Source: a virus
Length of the DNA: 64,000 bases
Strand: one strand, 5' to 3'
Virus record (IMG/VR): IMGVR_UViG_3300033146_004128
Coordinates: 123,665 to 187,664 of that record
The translations under genes were made by a program, and so were the position numbers. Below, in pieces: positions 1-10,247 of this stretch (within the stretch, counting starts at the first letter, position 1; every line of letters starts with the position of its first letter). The notes under the pieces were generated by a model that saw nothing but the letters and a program-made list of their open reading frames with translations, did not search any database and had not been told where the DNA came from.

Positions 1-37
1 AGAGAGAGATGGGGTTATACCTATAGAAAAAAAGATA

Positions 38-847
38 TTGAGCAGTATAAAGTGCAAAATAGATCCTATAAGTGGGGACAGCCTAACAATATTTAATGAG
101 GATTTAACAAAGAACTATAAGGTTACATTACAGTATGATGGGGATACACGTTTCCTGGCAGAGAATGGATATCCTGATCCTGTAGAGCTAATTAGAGAGC
201 CATGCTACAGGGAGCCTGACATAGATGCACTTAAGGTATCGTGGTGTGATGATGTGTCTATGAGCAAAGTTAAGCTTAAAACAGGGACAGAAAGAAAACC
301 TATAGGCAGATCATATCTTGACTCAAGCAGTACGTTTATGGCATATAGCGTATCTTTTGTTGTATATACAGGAGAAAGATATAACCTGTTTGAATCTCAA
401 AACATTGTAGTGTTCGTAGATAGAGGAAAATTATATATAAATGACACAGAGCTTATGGATGTTAGGCTTGGTGAAAAAACAATATTTACTATACTTAGAT
501 ATCCTTACTACAACACGTATGGAGCATATTCCACGAGGAACCATATTGCGTCCATTATCCTTGTTGACAAGTTTGCACTTGCTCTCCATCTTGATGGATC
601 ACAGAACTATAAAGATGCATTTGTAAACACTGGAGAAGATGGATTCGAGGTTTATGACTCGAATGTGTACAGGATAGATAGAGAGGTTGACGGACATGGA
701 GTAACTCCCTACTACTTAAGAAGATATGCGTATACTGCCGAGGGTGTGTATCAGGATACTCTCATTAGTCAGCACTTTAGCAGTATGCTTCAGGCGAAGA
801 GAGCACCATGTAAAATACTTAAAGAAATGAGAGGTGAATGCAAATGA
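38..847 (+). CDS. hypothetical protein (269 aa)
   Basis: Long ORF, first of a run of abutting + strand genes leading to terL; no recognisable motif; start codon uncertain. Confidence 0.6.
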   Translation: MSSIKCKIDPISGDSLTIFNEDLTKNYKVTLQYDGDTRFLAENGYPDPVELIREPCYREPDIDALKVSWCDDVSMSKVKLKTGTERKPIGRSYLDSSSTFMAYSVSFVVYTGERYNLFESQNIVVFVDRGKLYINDTELMDVRLGEKTIFTILRYPYYNTYGAYSTRNHIASIILVDKFALALHLDGSQNYKDAFVNTGEDGFEVYDSNVYRIDREVDGHGVTPYYLRRYAYTAEGVYQDTLISQHFSSMLQAKRAPCKILKEMRGECK

Positions 848-2118
848 TAAACATGAAGGAAGTTTTTTACTCAAAAATAGGAAACCATTCTATGGGTAGA
901 GAGATTGTATATAAGGTATACTTCGGGAGTATAGACCCACAGTTCTACTTTGCTGCATATGTTATTCCAAGAGGAGAATCTTATGACATGTTTTACATCC
1001 CACAGGTGAACAATATTGCCGACAATGGGATTATTGATATGTCCGAAGACAGCTCCACATCAAGAATGAATATTCAATATGGAGAGCCTGTAGAAATTCT
1101 CCTAACAAACCCTTTTGTTGAAGGAAGAGGATCTATTGTTAGTGTATCTGTATCTATAGATGAGAGTCCCGTTGCAGTAAACACCAGCAGTCTTACCCAA
1201 TTTAACCTAGACGATGCAAGGGCTATAACAAGAGAAGCCATACAGCCATTGATAGACGCAAAGATGTATCTACTTGCCAATATTGCAATGATAGAGGTTG
1301 AGACCAAGCTCAGAAACATATTGGAATCTTCCGTAGGCGTTAATCAGGATACTGCAATACCTACAATCCTGAGAAGTGTTCTAGCAGTAAAGAAAATTTT
1401 CATAGACAACCTACCTGATGGGATGCCTGAAGAAGACGAAGAGATGTTCTATATGCTGTATGTGCGAATGCTAAATGTATCTCCAGACTCGAATAATATA
1501 CCTAGTATATTTGCAAAGGGGATACTGTTTGCAAATATGATGTACTCAGAGGGAATGACGGCACACTTGATACCATATGAAATACTGTTCAGACTAATGA
1601 TAGATTGGTCAAAAGAATATAGGCCAGAGTACGTGTATCTACTAAAGCAAGCATCAGACAATATTGAGATAAAGAGAACCATATCTGTAAACCTGTCTAC
1701 CATGGAGGATCAGTCTAAGGTATATGAGCTTCTCAATAAGACTCAAGAGTTCGTGTACTTGACGAATATAAGGTTCACAAATATGGATAACGGGGAGTAT
1801 AAGGACTTCAGAATAAACAATGAGTACTTCGAAAACTACATAAAGACCACAGACAGATGTATAGAGCAAAAGGGAATACCGTCAGAAGATGGTACAATTA
1901 CGATACAATACGGATATGGAACAGATTGCGATAGCTTCATAGGGCTAACATCGACAGACAATCAAAATGTAAAGCGTGGTGTTAGGCGTGACGATAAGAT
2001 TATTGATAATGAGTTCAAGACGGCAAGAACATGGCAATGGGTCAATGACGAGATCATCCAGATAGAGGGTGATGTTACTACAGCAGGAACGATAGCTGTT
2101 GAATTTACAGGAGTATAG
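838..2118 (+). CDS. hypothetical protein, possibly virion-associated (426 aa)
   Basis: Long ORF overlapping the previous stop, SD-like gaggtg upstream; no recognisable motif. Confidence 0.65.
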   Translation: MQMINMKEVFYSKIGNHSMGREIVYKVYFGSIDPQFYFAAYVIPRGESYDMFYIPQVNNIADNGIIDMSEDSSTSRMNIQYGEPVEILLTNPFVEGRGSIVSVSVSIDESPVAVNTSSLTQFNLDDARAITREAIQPLIDAKMYLLANIAMIEVETKLRNILESSVGVNQDTAIPTILRSVLAVKKIFIDNLPDGMPEEDEEMFYMLYVRMLNVSPDSNNIPSIFAKGILFANMMYSEGMTAHLIPYEILFRLMIDWSKEYRPEYVYLLKQASDNIEIKRTISVNLSTMEDQSKVYELLNKTQEFVYLTNIRFTNMDNGEYKDFRINNEYFENYIKTTDRCIEQKGIPSEDGTITIQYGYGTDCDSFIGLTSTDNQNVKRGVRRDDKIIDNEFKTARTWQWVNDEIIQIEGDVTTAGTIAVEFTGV

Positions 2119-2832
2119 ATGAATAATATTATGCATGATTTCAGTGGGAAGATATCAGCTACAATGAATGCGCTAGACAAGGATGCAACCTTGTATGCAA
2201 TGGCTTCAAGAGCAGAAATGCCTGCCATACTAGCGTTCTATGGAGCATGCATGATCGTAGGTAGAGACATTCTTGAATATGAGAACGAAACTATACAATA
2301 TCTTCTCCTTGAGAAGAGGACTGCACCATCAATAGTCCAGAAGGCAATAATGGTAAAAAGTCTGATCTCAAACATGGATGGTGTATTGACTGTGCCTGAG
2401 TATTTAAACATTGCTGCAGATGTACTATGTGATGATGATGTAGAGACTGGGATCATTGATTATGTAGAGCCGGCAAAGTTGATATGGACTATAATCATGC
2501 TTATGGCCATTTATAATGCTGACAATATACCCATTGATGGGGATGCGCTAAGATATGTAGTTGCATGCCTTAAATCAGATGGCTGGACAATGCCTCCATA
2601 TTTACTTAACGTAGACAAGGTTGCAACATACTTTGAATATTATGATGAGGAATACTATAAGTCCATAATGTGTGAGGAGAATGAACTACTTATGGTGTGC
2701 GGGACAAATACTGACAGAGATATGGTTGATGCAAAATCAAACTTCATGGAAATGCATAAGCCACTATTCCAATATCTTCATCTAAAATCTGCAGAACTTC
2801 AAAGAGAAACAAAAGATCTTAGGGTTAAATAA
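2119..2832 (+). CDS. hypothetical protein immediately upstream of terL (237 aa)
   Basis: Abuts the previous gene and overlaps the terL start (TAATG); no small-terminase HTH recognised. Confidence 0.65.
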   Translation: MNNIMHDFSGKISATMNALDKDATLYAMASRAEMPAILAFYGACMIVGRDILEYENETIQYLLLEKRTAPSIVQKAIMVKSLISNMDGVLTVPEYLNIAADVLCDDDVETGIIDYVEPAKLIWTIIMLMAIYNADNIPIDGDALRYVVACLKSDGWTMPPYLLNVDKVATYFEYYDEEYYKSIMCEENELLMVCGTNTDRDMVDAKSNFMEMHKPLFQYLHLKSAELQRETKDLRVK

Positions 2833-4418
2833 TGAGGACTGACACTAGGGTATCATTCCTTATTGACAAGTATGCCCAGATAGATGGCAAGAAGATGGAC
2901 TTCGACAAGTATGATGCCTTTAGGCTACCGTACGAAGTTGATGAAAGAAAGATGATGGTTACTGCCGGTAGACAGGTCGGAAAGACAGTATACCTTGCAG
3001 CTAAGATATCAGCCAAGTCCATAATAAGAAAATCAAACAGAGCTGTGTATGTTGCCCCACTTGAAGCACAGACAAAATCTTTCTCAAAAACAAAACTGCA
3101 AAAAATTATCGATGATACACCTCAGTTTAAGGCAGTATATACAGGAAGTGATGCGCAGAGTGATGTTTTCTTCAAGAAGAATATACTTGGAAGCTATGTA
3201 GAGCTTACGTATGCATCACTATCTGGAATGGACCCCGTGCGTGTACGTGGTAAGTCAGCAGATGACTTGTATATTGATGAAGCACAGGATATTGACTACG
3301 ACATACTTCCTGCGATAGAAGAGGTAACTACATCATCAAGTCAGCCAGTAATAACATATACAGGTACAGCAAAGAGTCTGGAGAATACTACCGGTGTAAT
3401 ATGGGAGAGATCCACAAAGATGGAGAGAATGATAAGATGTACGTCTTGTCACAAGCTAAACAATCTAGGGTACTCAAATGTTACAAAAGAAGGTCTGGTA
3501 TGTAACAATATGAAATGCAGAAAGCGACTCGATGTTGCAAATGCAGAATGGATGATGACCGGGGACAAGCATGCAAACTATGTTGCATTTAGGATCCCTC
3601 AGATATGTCTACCATTCCATAATGAGCCAGAGAAGTGGCAGGCAGTATGGTCTAAGTACGAAGAATACCCTCCTGACAAATTCAACCAAGAGGTTCTTGG
3701 GATACCAAGTGGAGCGTCTGATAGGTTCCTTACTCTAGACAAGATGAAGAAGTTGTGTACCGGTGGTAGAATGACATATACTCCAGACAGGGAGTTTATG
3801 TCAAGATATCATGGATTCTTTATGGGTATCGACTGGACCGGTGATGGTCTTTTGCAAAAATCTAGGACCGTTGCTGTAATAATTGGTCATAGACGTGATG
3901 GCAAGATGGAAATGGTTTGGGGAAAAATATTCCCTCCAGGTAATGCAAACCATCAGGCAGAGGATCTAATAAAACAAGCTCAACTATTTCAGTGTACCAT
4001 TGTCGGAGCAGATGCCGGTATGGGAATGATACAGAATGCTGACATGATGCAGAGCCTTGGCAATAATAGATTCAGACAGATACAATATGTTGCAAGCAAT
4101 GATGGATTCTCATATGAGATTGATAAGAACATGATTAGACTAGGCAAGACACAAGCGATAGATACGGTAATGAGTATGTTTGTAGGAAAGTTTTTTCCAA
4201 GGCCTCTCAATGGAGGGAAGAAGCTAGAGTTCATAATGCCTGACTATGATGACTCTAGGTTTTTCGTAGAGGATATACTTGCTGAGTTTGAACAGGAAAC
4301 ACGACAAGGTAAGAAAATGTGGACTCATAGTAATATGAAGCCAGACGATACGCTACATGCTATAGTCTTCGGATTATATGCTTACATGCATCACAGAAAC
4401 AAGGTGTCGTTCTACTAG
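2832..4418 (+). CDS. terL: terminase large subunit (GpA-like, with Cys-rich Zn-ribbon insert)
   Basis: Walker A VTAGRQVGKT, Walker B LYIDEAQD, coupling motif TGTA, CTSC...CNNMKC insert, RNaseH-like nuclease motifs MGIDW, GADAG and PDDTLHA. Confidence 0.93.
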   Translation: MRTDTRVSFLIDKYAQIDGKKMDFDKYDAFRLPYEVDERKMMVTAGRQVGKTVYLAAKISAKSIIRKSNRAVYVAPLEAQTKSFSKTKLQKIIDDTPQFKAVYTGSDAQSDVFFKKNILGSYVELTYASLSGMDPVRVRGKSADDLYIDEAQDIDYDILPAIEEVTTSSSQPVITYTGTAKSLENTTGVIWERSTKMERMIRCTSCHKLNNLGYSNVTKEGLVCNNMKCRKRLDVANAEWMMTGDKHANYVAFRIPQICLPFHNEPEKWQAVWSKYEEYPPDKFNQEVLGIPSGASDRFLTLDKMKKLCTGGRMTYTPDREFMSRYHGFFMGIDWTGDGLLQKSRTVAVIIGHRRDGKMEMVWGKIFPPGNANHQAEDLIKQAQLFQCTIVGADAGMGMIQNADMMQSLGNNRFRQIQYVASNDGFSYEIDKNMIRLGKTQAIDTVMSMFVGKFFPRPLNGGKKLEFIMPDYDDSRFFVEDILAEFEQETRQGKKMWTHSNMKPDDTLHAIVFGLYAYMHHRNKVSFY

Positions 4419-4451
4419 TAAGACACAGCTATTGGTTTTTTAGATAAAATG

Positions 4452-4460
4452 TGATACTAT
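4452..4460 (+). promoter_or_regulatory. extended -10 promoter-like element TG-A-TACTAT for the capsid operon
   Basis: In the short intergenic gap before the scaffold-like gene, with a T-rich upstream tract. Confidence 0.45.
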
Positions 4461-4488
4461 TTGATAAAGATAAAATCAAGGGAAAACC

Positions 4489-4806
4489 ATGCTTTCAAGA
4501 AAAGAAGTAGCGAGCCAGCTCAGAAAGGCTGCGACAGAGATACAAAAACTATCGGACGACAATGCTGCACTGGCTAGCGAAAACGAAGGACTTTTACAAA
4601 AAGTTGCTGGACTAGAAGCACAAGTGACTTCTTCTAATGATGACCCCACCGCACTGCAGAAAGAGGCGGAAGAAGGTTTTTCATTTAGAAGTGGAAATGG
4701 ATTCGGATCATCGGCAGACGATATTCCAACGATGAGTTCAGACTTGTCAGCAGAACAGCGTCTAGACATGATCTTAAATGGTGAGTCGCCTAGCGACTTT
4801 GAATAA
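4489..4806 (+). CDS. putative capsid scaffold-like coiled-coil protein (105 aa) with K-x-A motifs
   Basis: Heptad coiled coil, acidic; LRKAAT, LQKVAG, LQKEAE; two genes upstream of the major capsid gene. Confidence 0.5.
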   Translation: MLSRKEVASQLRKAATEIQKLSDDNAALASENEGLLQKVAGLEAQVTSSNDDPTALQKEAEEGFSFRSGNGFGSSADDIPTMSSDLSAEQRLDMILNGESPSDFE

Positions 4807-4827
4807 TAAAACATAAGGAATTTAATT

Positions 4828-5259
4828 ATGGGTTACAAAACTGAAAAGATTTTTGGCAGACGAGAAATGGTGCACATTGTGTCACCAGACTTTCTTGCTC
4901 TCCCGAAACTTGAAATTGAACTAGGAGATGGCGTTGTTGTCAAGTCCGGTGAGTTTGTTGGTTATGATGGTCAGAAGATCACACTAACTGATGCAAAAAA
5001 AGGTTTCTTCCTGGTAACAGAAGATAGCCATTACAATGACATGCTCGATAGAATGAAGCCGTCAGGTGTAGTAGAAGGGTTCTTCGGTGAGATGCTAATT
5101 CACACTAAAGTATTCAATGAAGGTGGTACAGCGTTCGCAGCAGGCGACAAAGTATCTATAAAAGATGGTGGGATTGTTCACGTAGACGGAACAAACACTA
5201 TTGAAGTTGGTGAAGTTGTTGGCCGTGGTGCTGACTGGCTTGCTATCATACTTGGTTAA
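4828..5259 (+). CDS. putative capsid decoration/cement protein (143 aa)
   Basis: Directly upstream of the capsid gene, beta-rich, FAAGDKVSIKDG pattern typical of beta-tulip-like decoration proteins; SD aaggaa. Confidence 0.5.
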   Translation: MGYKTEKIFGRREMVHIVSPDFLALPKLEIELGDGVVVKSGEFVGYDGQKITLTDAKKGFFLVTEDSHYNDMLDRMKPSGVVEGFFGEMLIHTKVFNEGGTAFAAGDKVSIKDGGIVHVDGTNTIEVGEVVGRGADWLAIILG

Positions 5260-5271
5260 TAAGGAGAACAC

Positions 5272-6249
5272 ATGAAACCAGCAGTATCTACTACAGTGAG
5301 TTCAAGCCAGTTCGTTTCAAGACTATTCAGTGACCCTGAATTTGTTAAAGAAGCAGCAGAAGGTATCTCACTTTTTATCCAAGACAAAATTCGTGAAAAA
5401 GGGTTCGCTCGTAAGATCGTTGAGCCTACATACATTTCACCAAAAGACTTAGTGCCAACAGAGCACACTGATCAGCCGGCTATTATGGTTGAGAGAGATG
5501 TCGATGCACGTGCAATGACTGTACCTCTAAGAGGACGTGGTGAGTTCAGATACCATGAGACAGATCGTTATACAGTATATTTCCAAAAAATTGTATCTGA
5601 GAAGATCAGAAAATCAAAAATGGAAATGATGACAGTTAAGACTGACTACAAGAAGTTGTTTAGAGATCGTATCTCAGAAGCAATGTATGAAGTTGAAGAC
5701 TTGACAGTAATGGGCGGAGTAAACAAAGTTCTCGGAGACGAAGAAGTAGCGTTTAAGGCAGCAAATGGTGGAAACCTTTCTACTCAAGGTAACAAATCGT
5801 TCTCAGGTCAAACTGTGTACTTTAACAATGGTGAAACTCTAGACAAGTCTAACCTTGTGTTCTTGTTCCAAATGCCAACTCGTAACCGTATCGCTAACAA
5901 AACTGTCCTCTTGACAGAGACTCTTATCCAAGAGCTTATGCATATGACTATGCAAGAAGTTGGTGATAGTGTTGTATCTAAGTTTTGGGAAGATGGTGTT
6001 GATAACATCTCTGACTTCTGGAACAAGAAGATCGTTACTACGATTAAGTCGCACATTGTTAAAAACAACGAGATCTATACTTTTGCTCCGCAAGATATGT
6101 ATGGACATTTCTTCATCCTACAGGACCACACGTCTTATATGGAAGTTGATCGTGATATGATGACAATGGACAGTGAAGCGTATATCGCACATGCTATTGG
6201 TAACACTAAAGGTGTTTACAAAGGCGTATTCACAGACATCGAAGCATAA
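5272..6249 (+). CDS. major capsid protein, HK97-fold (325 aa)
   Basis: Size, position after scaffold/decoration genes near terL, strong SD aaggag, biased codon use (cgt, gtt, aca); IREKGFARKIV...DQPAIMVERD N-arm/E-loop-like segment. Confidence 0.78.
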   Translation: MKPAVSTTVSSSQFVSRLFSDPEFVKEAAEGISLFIQDKIREKGFARKIVEPTYISPKDLVPTEHTDQPAIMVERDVDARAMTVPLRGRGEFRYHETDRYTVYFQKIVSEKIRKSKMEMMTVKTDYKKLFRDRISEAMYEVEDLTVMGGVNKVLGDEEVAFKAANGGNLSTQGNKSFSGQTVYFNNGETLDKSNLVFLFQMPTRNRIANKTVLLTETLIQELMHMTMQEVGDSVVSKFWEDGVDNISDFWNKKIVTTIKSHIVKNNEIYTFAPQDMYGHFFILQDHTSYMEVDRDMMTMDSEAYIAHAIGNTKGVYKGVFTDIEA

Positions 6250-6260
6250 GGAGATCTGTT

Positions 6261-6725
6261 ATGAGAGTTGATATTTACCTAACAAACCTAACCAAGGAGA
6301 AGTTGTCGGTTGGAATGACCACACTTGAGCCTGGTGAGACGGAAAAGATTTTACAAAAAGACTTCGAGCGTAAAGCATCCTACATAGATCGCATGATCAA
6401 AGAAGGAAGATTGTCTTTCGGTAACTCTGGTAAGTCAGCTCCAGCAGATATACTTGTAGAGCCTACAGTCGAGGGAGCCAATACTGGCTCTCAAGATGAG
6501 GCAAAAAATGCTGGGGATGATACCAAAGAAGAGACACAGACAAGTGAAGCAGATGCTTCTAAAGACGAAGCTACTCAAGAAGTTGCGAAAGAGGAAGCTG
6601 CGGAAACTGAGGCTGATTCTAAAGATGAGGAAACCTCAATAGAAGTTACTGATCAAGAAGCAAAAGAAGAGCCTAAGATAGTCGAAGAAGTTCCGGCGCC
6701 TAAGCGTTCACAAAAGAAAAAATAA
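6261..6725 (+). CDS. hypothetical protein with acidic low-complexity C-terminus (154 aa)
   Basis: SD aaggag; E/A/K-rich tail ending KRSQKKK, as often follows capsid genes. Confidence 0.65.
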   Translation: MRVDIYLTNLTKEKLSVGMTTLEPGETEKILQKDFERKASYIDRMIKEGRLSFGNSGKSAPADILVEPTVEGANTGSQDEAKNAGDDTKEETQTSEADASKDEATQEVAKEEAAETEADSKDEETSIEVTDQEAKEEPKIVEEVPAPKRSQKKK

Positions 6726-6834
6726 TAAGGGGTTGATATGCTTGACGGAGTCTGCAGAGAAAAGATAGAGAAGATGATATTTGCTCACCTCCTCACAAAG
6801 TATCTTAAACAGTTGCTACGAGAAGGAGGACACC

Positions 6835-7803
6835 ATGTTGGTTGATGCACTAAGCGATATAGATATGGCTGTTCTTAAGAGTAAGATAGAAGAGATAGAT
6901 GGGGCAGCTCACAGACTTGAGAAAGTCGCATCTCTTCCGTTGGATGACAGAAATGATTTAACGAAGGAAGCGTTTGCTTGGCCTGAGGAAAAATTGTTTC
7001 CTATATACTCTCCTGCTCACGCTCTTGTTTCAAGCGTATACCTTGAAGGGAACGATGATGTTCCCGGATTTGTGAAAGAAGCGTGCGAAGAAGCATGTGC
7101 TTTGTTTGGTATGGACGTCCAGATAGGGGCACTTGAGAAAATAGCATCTACACCAGATGAGCTAGAGGCATCGGATTTCCTAATGCCGGCAGCAAGAAAA
7201 TTGCCTGTTGTTGATAAGGATACATTCAGAATGTCTGCAAGCGTACTTGAGAAGGTAGCTTCAGACCTAACTGGTGATGATCTAATCATAGCCAATAGAC
7301 AACTTGTGAAGAAAGCAAGAGACCTTGGAGAGGATGTTTCTGACGAAGCATTGTCACTAGGGTTATATGGAACGATTGATGCCATAGGGGCCAGAAGCAC
7401 GCTTCATGAGCGTACTCTTATTACCGGTGATGAAAGATATGAAAAAGTCGCATCAGACATTAGTGGAGACACAGTGTACTCCGTTGAGAAGGTAGCCTCT
7501 ATAGTTATGGATGTTCTATCCTTAGATGAAGAGCATGGGCTTGACAAAACAGCAAAAGAAGCAATTCTTGAGCTAGTTAACCCAGGAGAAGTTTCAGAAG
7601 TCTTTGAGATTGGAGCAGAGGAAATTCCTGTAGACAAAATAGCATCGATTGATGCTGAGGACTGGGTAGATGTACTGCCTAGGTCTATTGTCGAAGGGAT
7701 GTTTAGTGATGGATATTTAGATACTAGTATCCTGAGAGAGATTACGGACAATGCTAGCCCCGAAGAGAAAGAGGCTATAGCAATGTTTGTTAATAAAATT
7801 TAA
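6835..7803 (+). CDS. acidic K-x-A-motif-rich putative internal head protein (322 aa)
   Basis: Start re-assigned to the ATG after SD aaggagg; LEKVAS x2, LEKIAS, YEKVAS, VEKVAS, VDKIAS, LDKTAK. Confidence 0.7.
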   Translation: MLVDALSDIDMAVLKSKIEEIDGAAHRLEKVASLPLDDRNDLTKEAFAWPEEKLFPIYSPAHALVSSVYLEGNDDVPGFVKEACEEACALFGMDVQIGALEKIASTPDELEASDFLMPAARKLPVVDKDTFRMSASVLEKVASDLTGDDLIIANRQLVKKARDLGEDVSDEALSLGLYGTIDAIGARSTLHERTLITGDERYEKVASDISGDTVYSVEKVASIVMDVLSLDEEHGLDKTAKEAILELVNPGEVSEVFEIGAEEIPVDKIASIDAEDWVDVLPRSIVEGMFSDGYLDTSILREITDNASPEEKEAIAMFVNKI

Positions 7804-7815
7804 AAGGATCTTATT

Positions 7816-8073
7816 ATGGCAGTAATGCTTGATTACAGAAAAGGAACTGAGCATAGTTTGTCACCATTTTTTGGGGCAGGAACAGCGAAGCCGATTGACT
7901 GGATACACAGAGAAGAAGGCGAGAAGACTACAGCCGCAGGTCTTGTAGATGGAGCCGACGGGATAGATAATGCTACCTCCGGGACCACTGCCGTACTTAG
8001 TGCGCAGATTTCAGGGATAGCTGGGTATACAAAATACCAAGGTCAAATAACCATGGTCGAAATACCATTATAG
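7816..8073 (+). CDS. small hypothetical virion protein (85 aa)
   Basis: SD aaagga, in the head operon. Confidence 0.6.
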   Translation: MAVMLDYRKGTEHSLSPFFGAGTAKPIDWIHREEGEKTTAAGLVDGADGIDNATSGTTAVLSAQISGIAGYTKYQGQITMVEIPL

Positions 8074-8089
8074 AGATAAGGAGAAAGAC

Positions 8090-8386
8090 ATGGCAACTAT
8101 ACCAACAAGTGCACCATCAGTTGATGAAACAGGACTGATAGGAGGAGCAGATATAACCATAAATAAGACTGTGCAGGCAGTAAACAAGAATGAGCCAATT
8201 TTTGGAGTTGGATCAGAGAAACTAGTGGGATATGTAGCACTAGAAATGTATGAGCAATATCAGGCAAGCGTAGTAGGTGGCGGCGGTGGCGGCAGCGGAT
8301 ACTCTCTTTTTGAAGGAGAGTCATATGCATCTGGAAAACCATATGTTGTAGCAGAGTCCGTATGGGCAATAGGAGAAGGTATCTAA
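8090..8386 (+). CDS. small hypothetical protein with poly-Gly linker (98 aa)
   Basis: SD aaggag; VVGGGGGGSG; stop overlaps the next ATG. Confidence 0.6.
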   Translation: MATIPTSAPSVDETGLIGGADITINKTVQAVNKNEPIFGVGSEKLVGYVALEMYEQYQASVVGGGGGGSGYSLFEGESYASGKPYVVAESVWAIGEGI

Positions 8387-9015
8387 TGGATACCAGCGTT
8401 TATAGTCCTCTGGTGCAAGAGCATCAGGGAACAATAGACCATTTCCGTAGGCAGTACTCTTCGGAGATACCTCCTGCGGAACTAGACTTAAAGCTTTACA
8501 ACTACTCAAAAGATGCAGAGAGAACTTTCGACAAGTCAAAAAATGCATCATTTAAAACTCATCTAAGCAATCATCTTACGAAACTAAAGAGAGACGTTCA
8601 TCAGTCAGGATCGAATCTTAAAGTTAGTGAGGATGTTGGAATGTCCATAAATAAACTAAGGACATCTGGGGATGAATTTTACATGAGGCACGGAAGAGAG
8701 CCAACCACAAGTGAACTATCAAAGCATACAGGGATGGATCAGAAGTTTGTGTCTAAGTATAGCAAAATGGGATCCATCAAGACTGTAATGACTGACAAGT
8801 TTGAGACTGGTACGAACTATGCATCAATACAAGACCTTCTGCCTAATCTTTCCAAAAAAGAACAGAGGGTTGCTGACACGATAACAAACAGCATGTCAAC
8901 CCCTGAAGCACTTAAGCATACAAAAATGTCTAATGGTGCATTCTACAAAGAGAGAAATAAGCTCAAAGACAGAATGAGAATGGCATACTTAAGAAGCAAT
9001 ACAAAGGAGATGTAG
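8386..9015 (+). CDS. divergent sigma-70 family factor (FliA/WhiG-like, 209 aa)
   Basis: Region-2-like AERTFDKSKNASFKTHL, region-3 HGREPTTSELSKHTGM, region-4 LPNLSKKEQRV...HTH; start taken at the ATG overlapping the previous TAA. Confidence 0.72.
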   Translation: MDTSVYSPLVQEHQGTIDHFRRQYSSEIPPAELDLKLYNYSKDAERTFDKSKNASFKTHLSNHLTKLKRDVHQSGSNLKVSEDVGMSINKLRTSGDEFYMRHGREPTTSELSKHTGMDQKFVSKYSKMGSIKTVMTDKFETGTNYASIQDLLPNLSKKEQRVADTITNSMSTPEALKHTKMSNGAFYKERNKLKDRMRMAYLRSNTKEM

Positions 9016-9016
9016 T

Positions 9017-9475
9017 ATGGTTGCAAACATAACCTCGATAGTTACACGTGACTTTGTTCCTTCTCCAATAGAGGGATACACTATAGAATCCATAAACGAA
9101 TTGATGATCAATATAGCATACTCGATAAATGGAATTCTTGAAAAGATAAGAGATAGAGGATTCAATATGGAAGATATTTCACTTAAAAATATAGACAACA
9201 TAACCCAGGTAACAGAAGTTCTTAACGAAAACATAAATATGATCAATAAATATTTTAGTGATATGAATGAAACTTTCGCACAAAACTACATGCTTAACAA
9301 AGAGGTTCTTGAGACAATGAAGATAGATGTGGCAAACACTGATGCAATGAGCACCATTGTTGTATTCGATGACAGGGTTGATGTAGAGCTGGACAATGGA
9401 CAGATAGTATCAGTTAAGAAAAATGAGGTAACGTCTGTAAAGGGAAATGATACGCAGACAATAGCACATGCTTAA
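9017..9475 (+). CDS. hypothetical protein (152 aa)
   Basis: SD aaggag; abuts its neighbours. Confidence 0.6.
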   Translation: MVANITSIVTRDFVPSPIEGYTIESINELMINIAYSINGILEKIRDRGFNMEDISLKNIDNITQVTEVLNENINMINKYFSDMNETFAQNYMLNKEVLETMKIDVANTDAMSTIVVFDDRVDVELDNGQIVSVKKNEVTSVKGNDTQTIAHA

Positions 9476-10247
9476 TATAAAGATAGTCACAAACACAGTA
9501 TCATCTTTCAAGTTCACTATCTCAGAGAATGTGAGCTTTTCAAGTGCAGTCCTATGGCTTGGAGACAGCGGAGATGAGGCTAAGCTTGACGTATACAGTG
9601 CATCAACTGGAAAGTCTGAATCAAATATTATACGAGTTGATGTTGGCACCGGTGAAATAACAGTTGACCTAAACAAACTTCCTTTTGACTCTATATACTA
9701 CAAAAACTTTCACATGCAGTTTCTTGATGGTAACGACATAGAAGTAGATAAGACGAAGATATTTCAGATATCACCAGAGGGTAAAGAGTCATTGTATGGG
9801 ATAGTAAACAAGCTTACGTTTGACTTTGTGCAGATGGCAAGCTTCTCTGGGACAAGAGTAAGAATATTCAATGCATCCTTGGTGCAAAACAAATGCCCTG
9901 AGTGTTGGGATGAAGAGCTTGAGCAGCCGATATCATCAACATGCACATGCTCAGGAAGACAATATAACACTATTGATATATTATGCCGCAAGGTTAAGAC
10001 TCAGAGTAAACAAGAATATGGGGATACTGGATCAAAAACACGAGAGAGTGTTATGTTCCAGACATACGCAAGAACAGACTTCGTAAAAGGTGTGCTGTTC
10101 GCAGACCTTGGCAATAAAGAAATATATGAGGTTCTAGACAGGACTGTGGCTAATATCGGAGGAGTAAGAACCTCTACGATGTTTGTTGGGTCAATGATAA
10201 AGCCAAATGACTCAAGAGTCCAAGGAATACTGGACTTACTTGATTAA
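9468..10247 (+). CDS. putative head-closure/neck protein with Cys motif (259 aa)
   Basis: KCPECWD...STCTCSG followed by a beta-barrel-like C-terminus, an architecture seen in myovirus head-completion proteins. Confidence 0.5.
   Translation: MLNIKIVTNTVSSFKFTISENVSFSSAVLWLGDSGDEAKLDVYSASTGKSESNIIRVDVGTGEITVDLNKLPFDSIYYKNFHMQFLDGNDIEVDKTKIFQISPEGKESLYGIVNKLTFDFVQMASFSGTRVRIFNASLVQNKCPECWDEELEQPISSTCTCSGRQYNTIDILCRKVKTQSKQEYGDTGSKTRESVMFQTYARTDFVKGVLFADLGNKEIYEVLDRTVANIGGVRTSTMFVGSMIKPNDSRVQGILDLLD

Noticed and set aside
8275-8298. GGC/GGT microsatellite as a phase-variation tract
   Set aside because: In-frame triplet repeat encoding a poly-Gly linker; mixed codons argue against slippage
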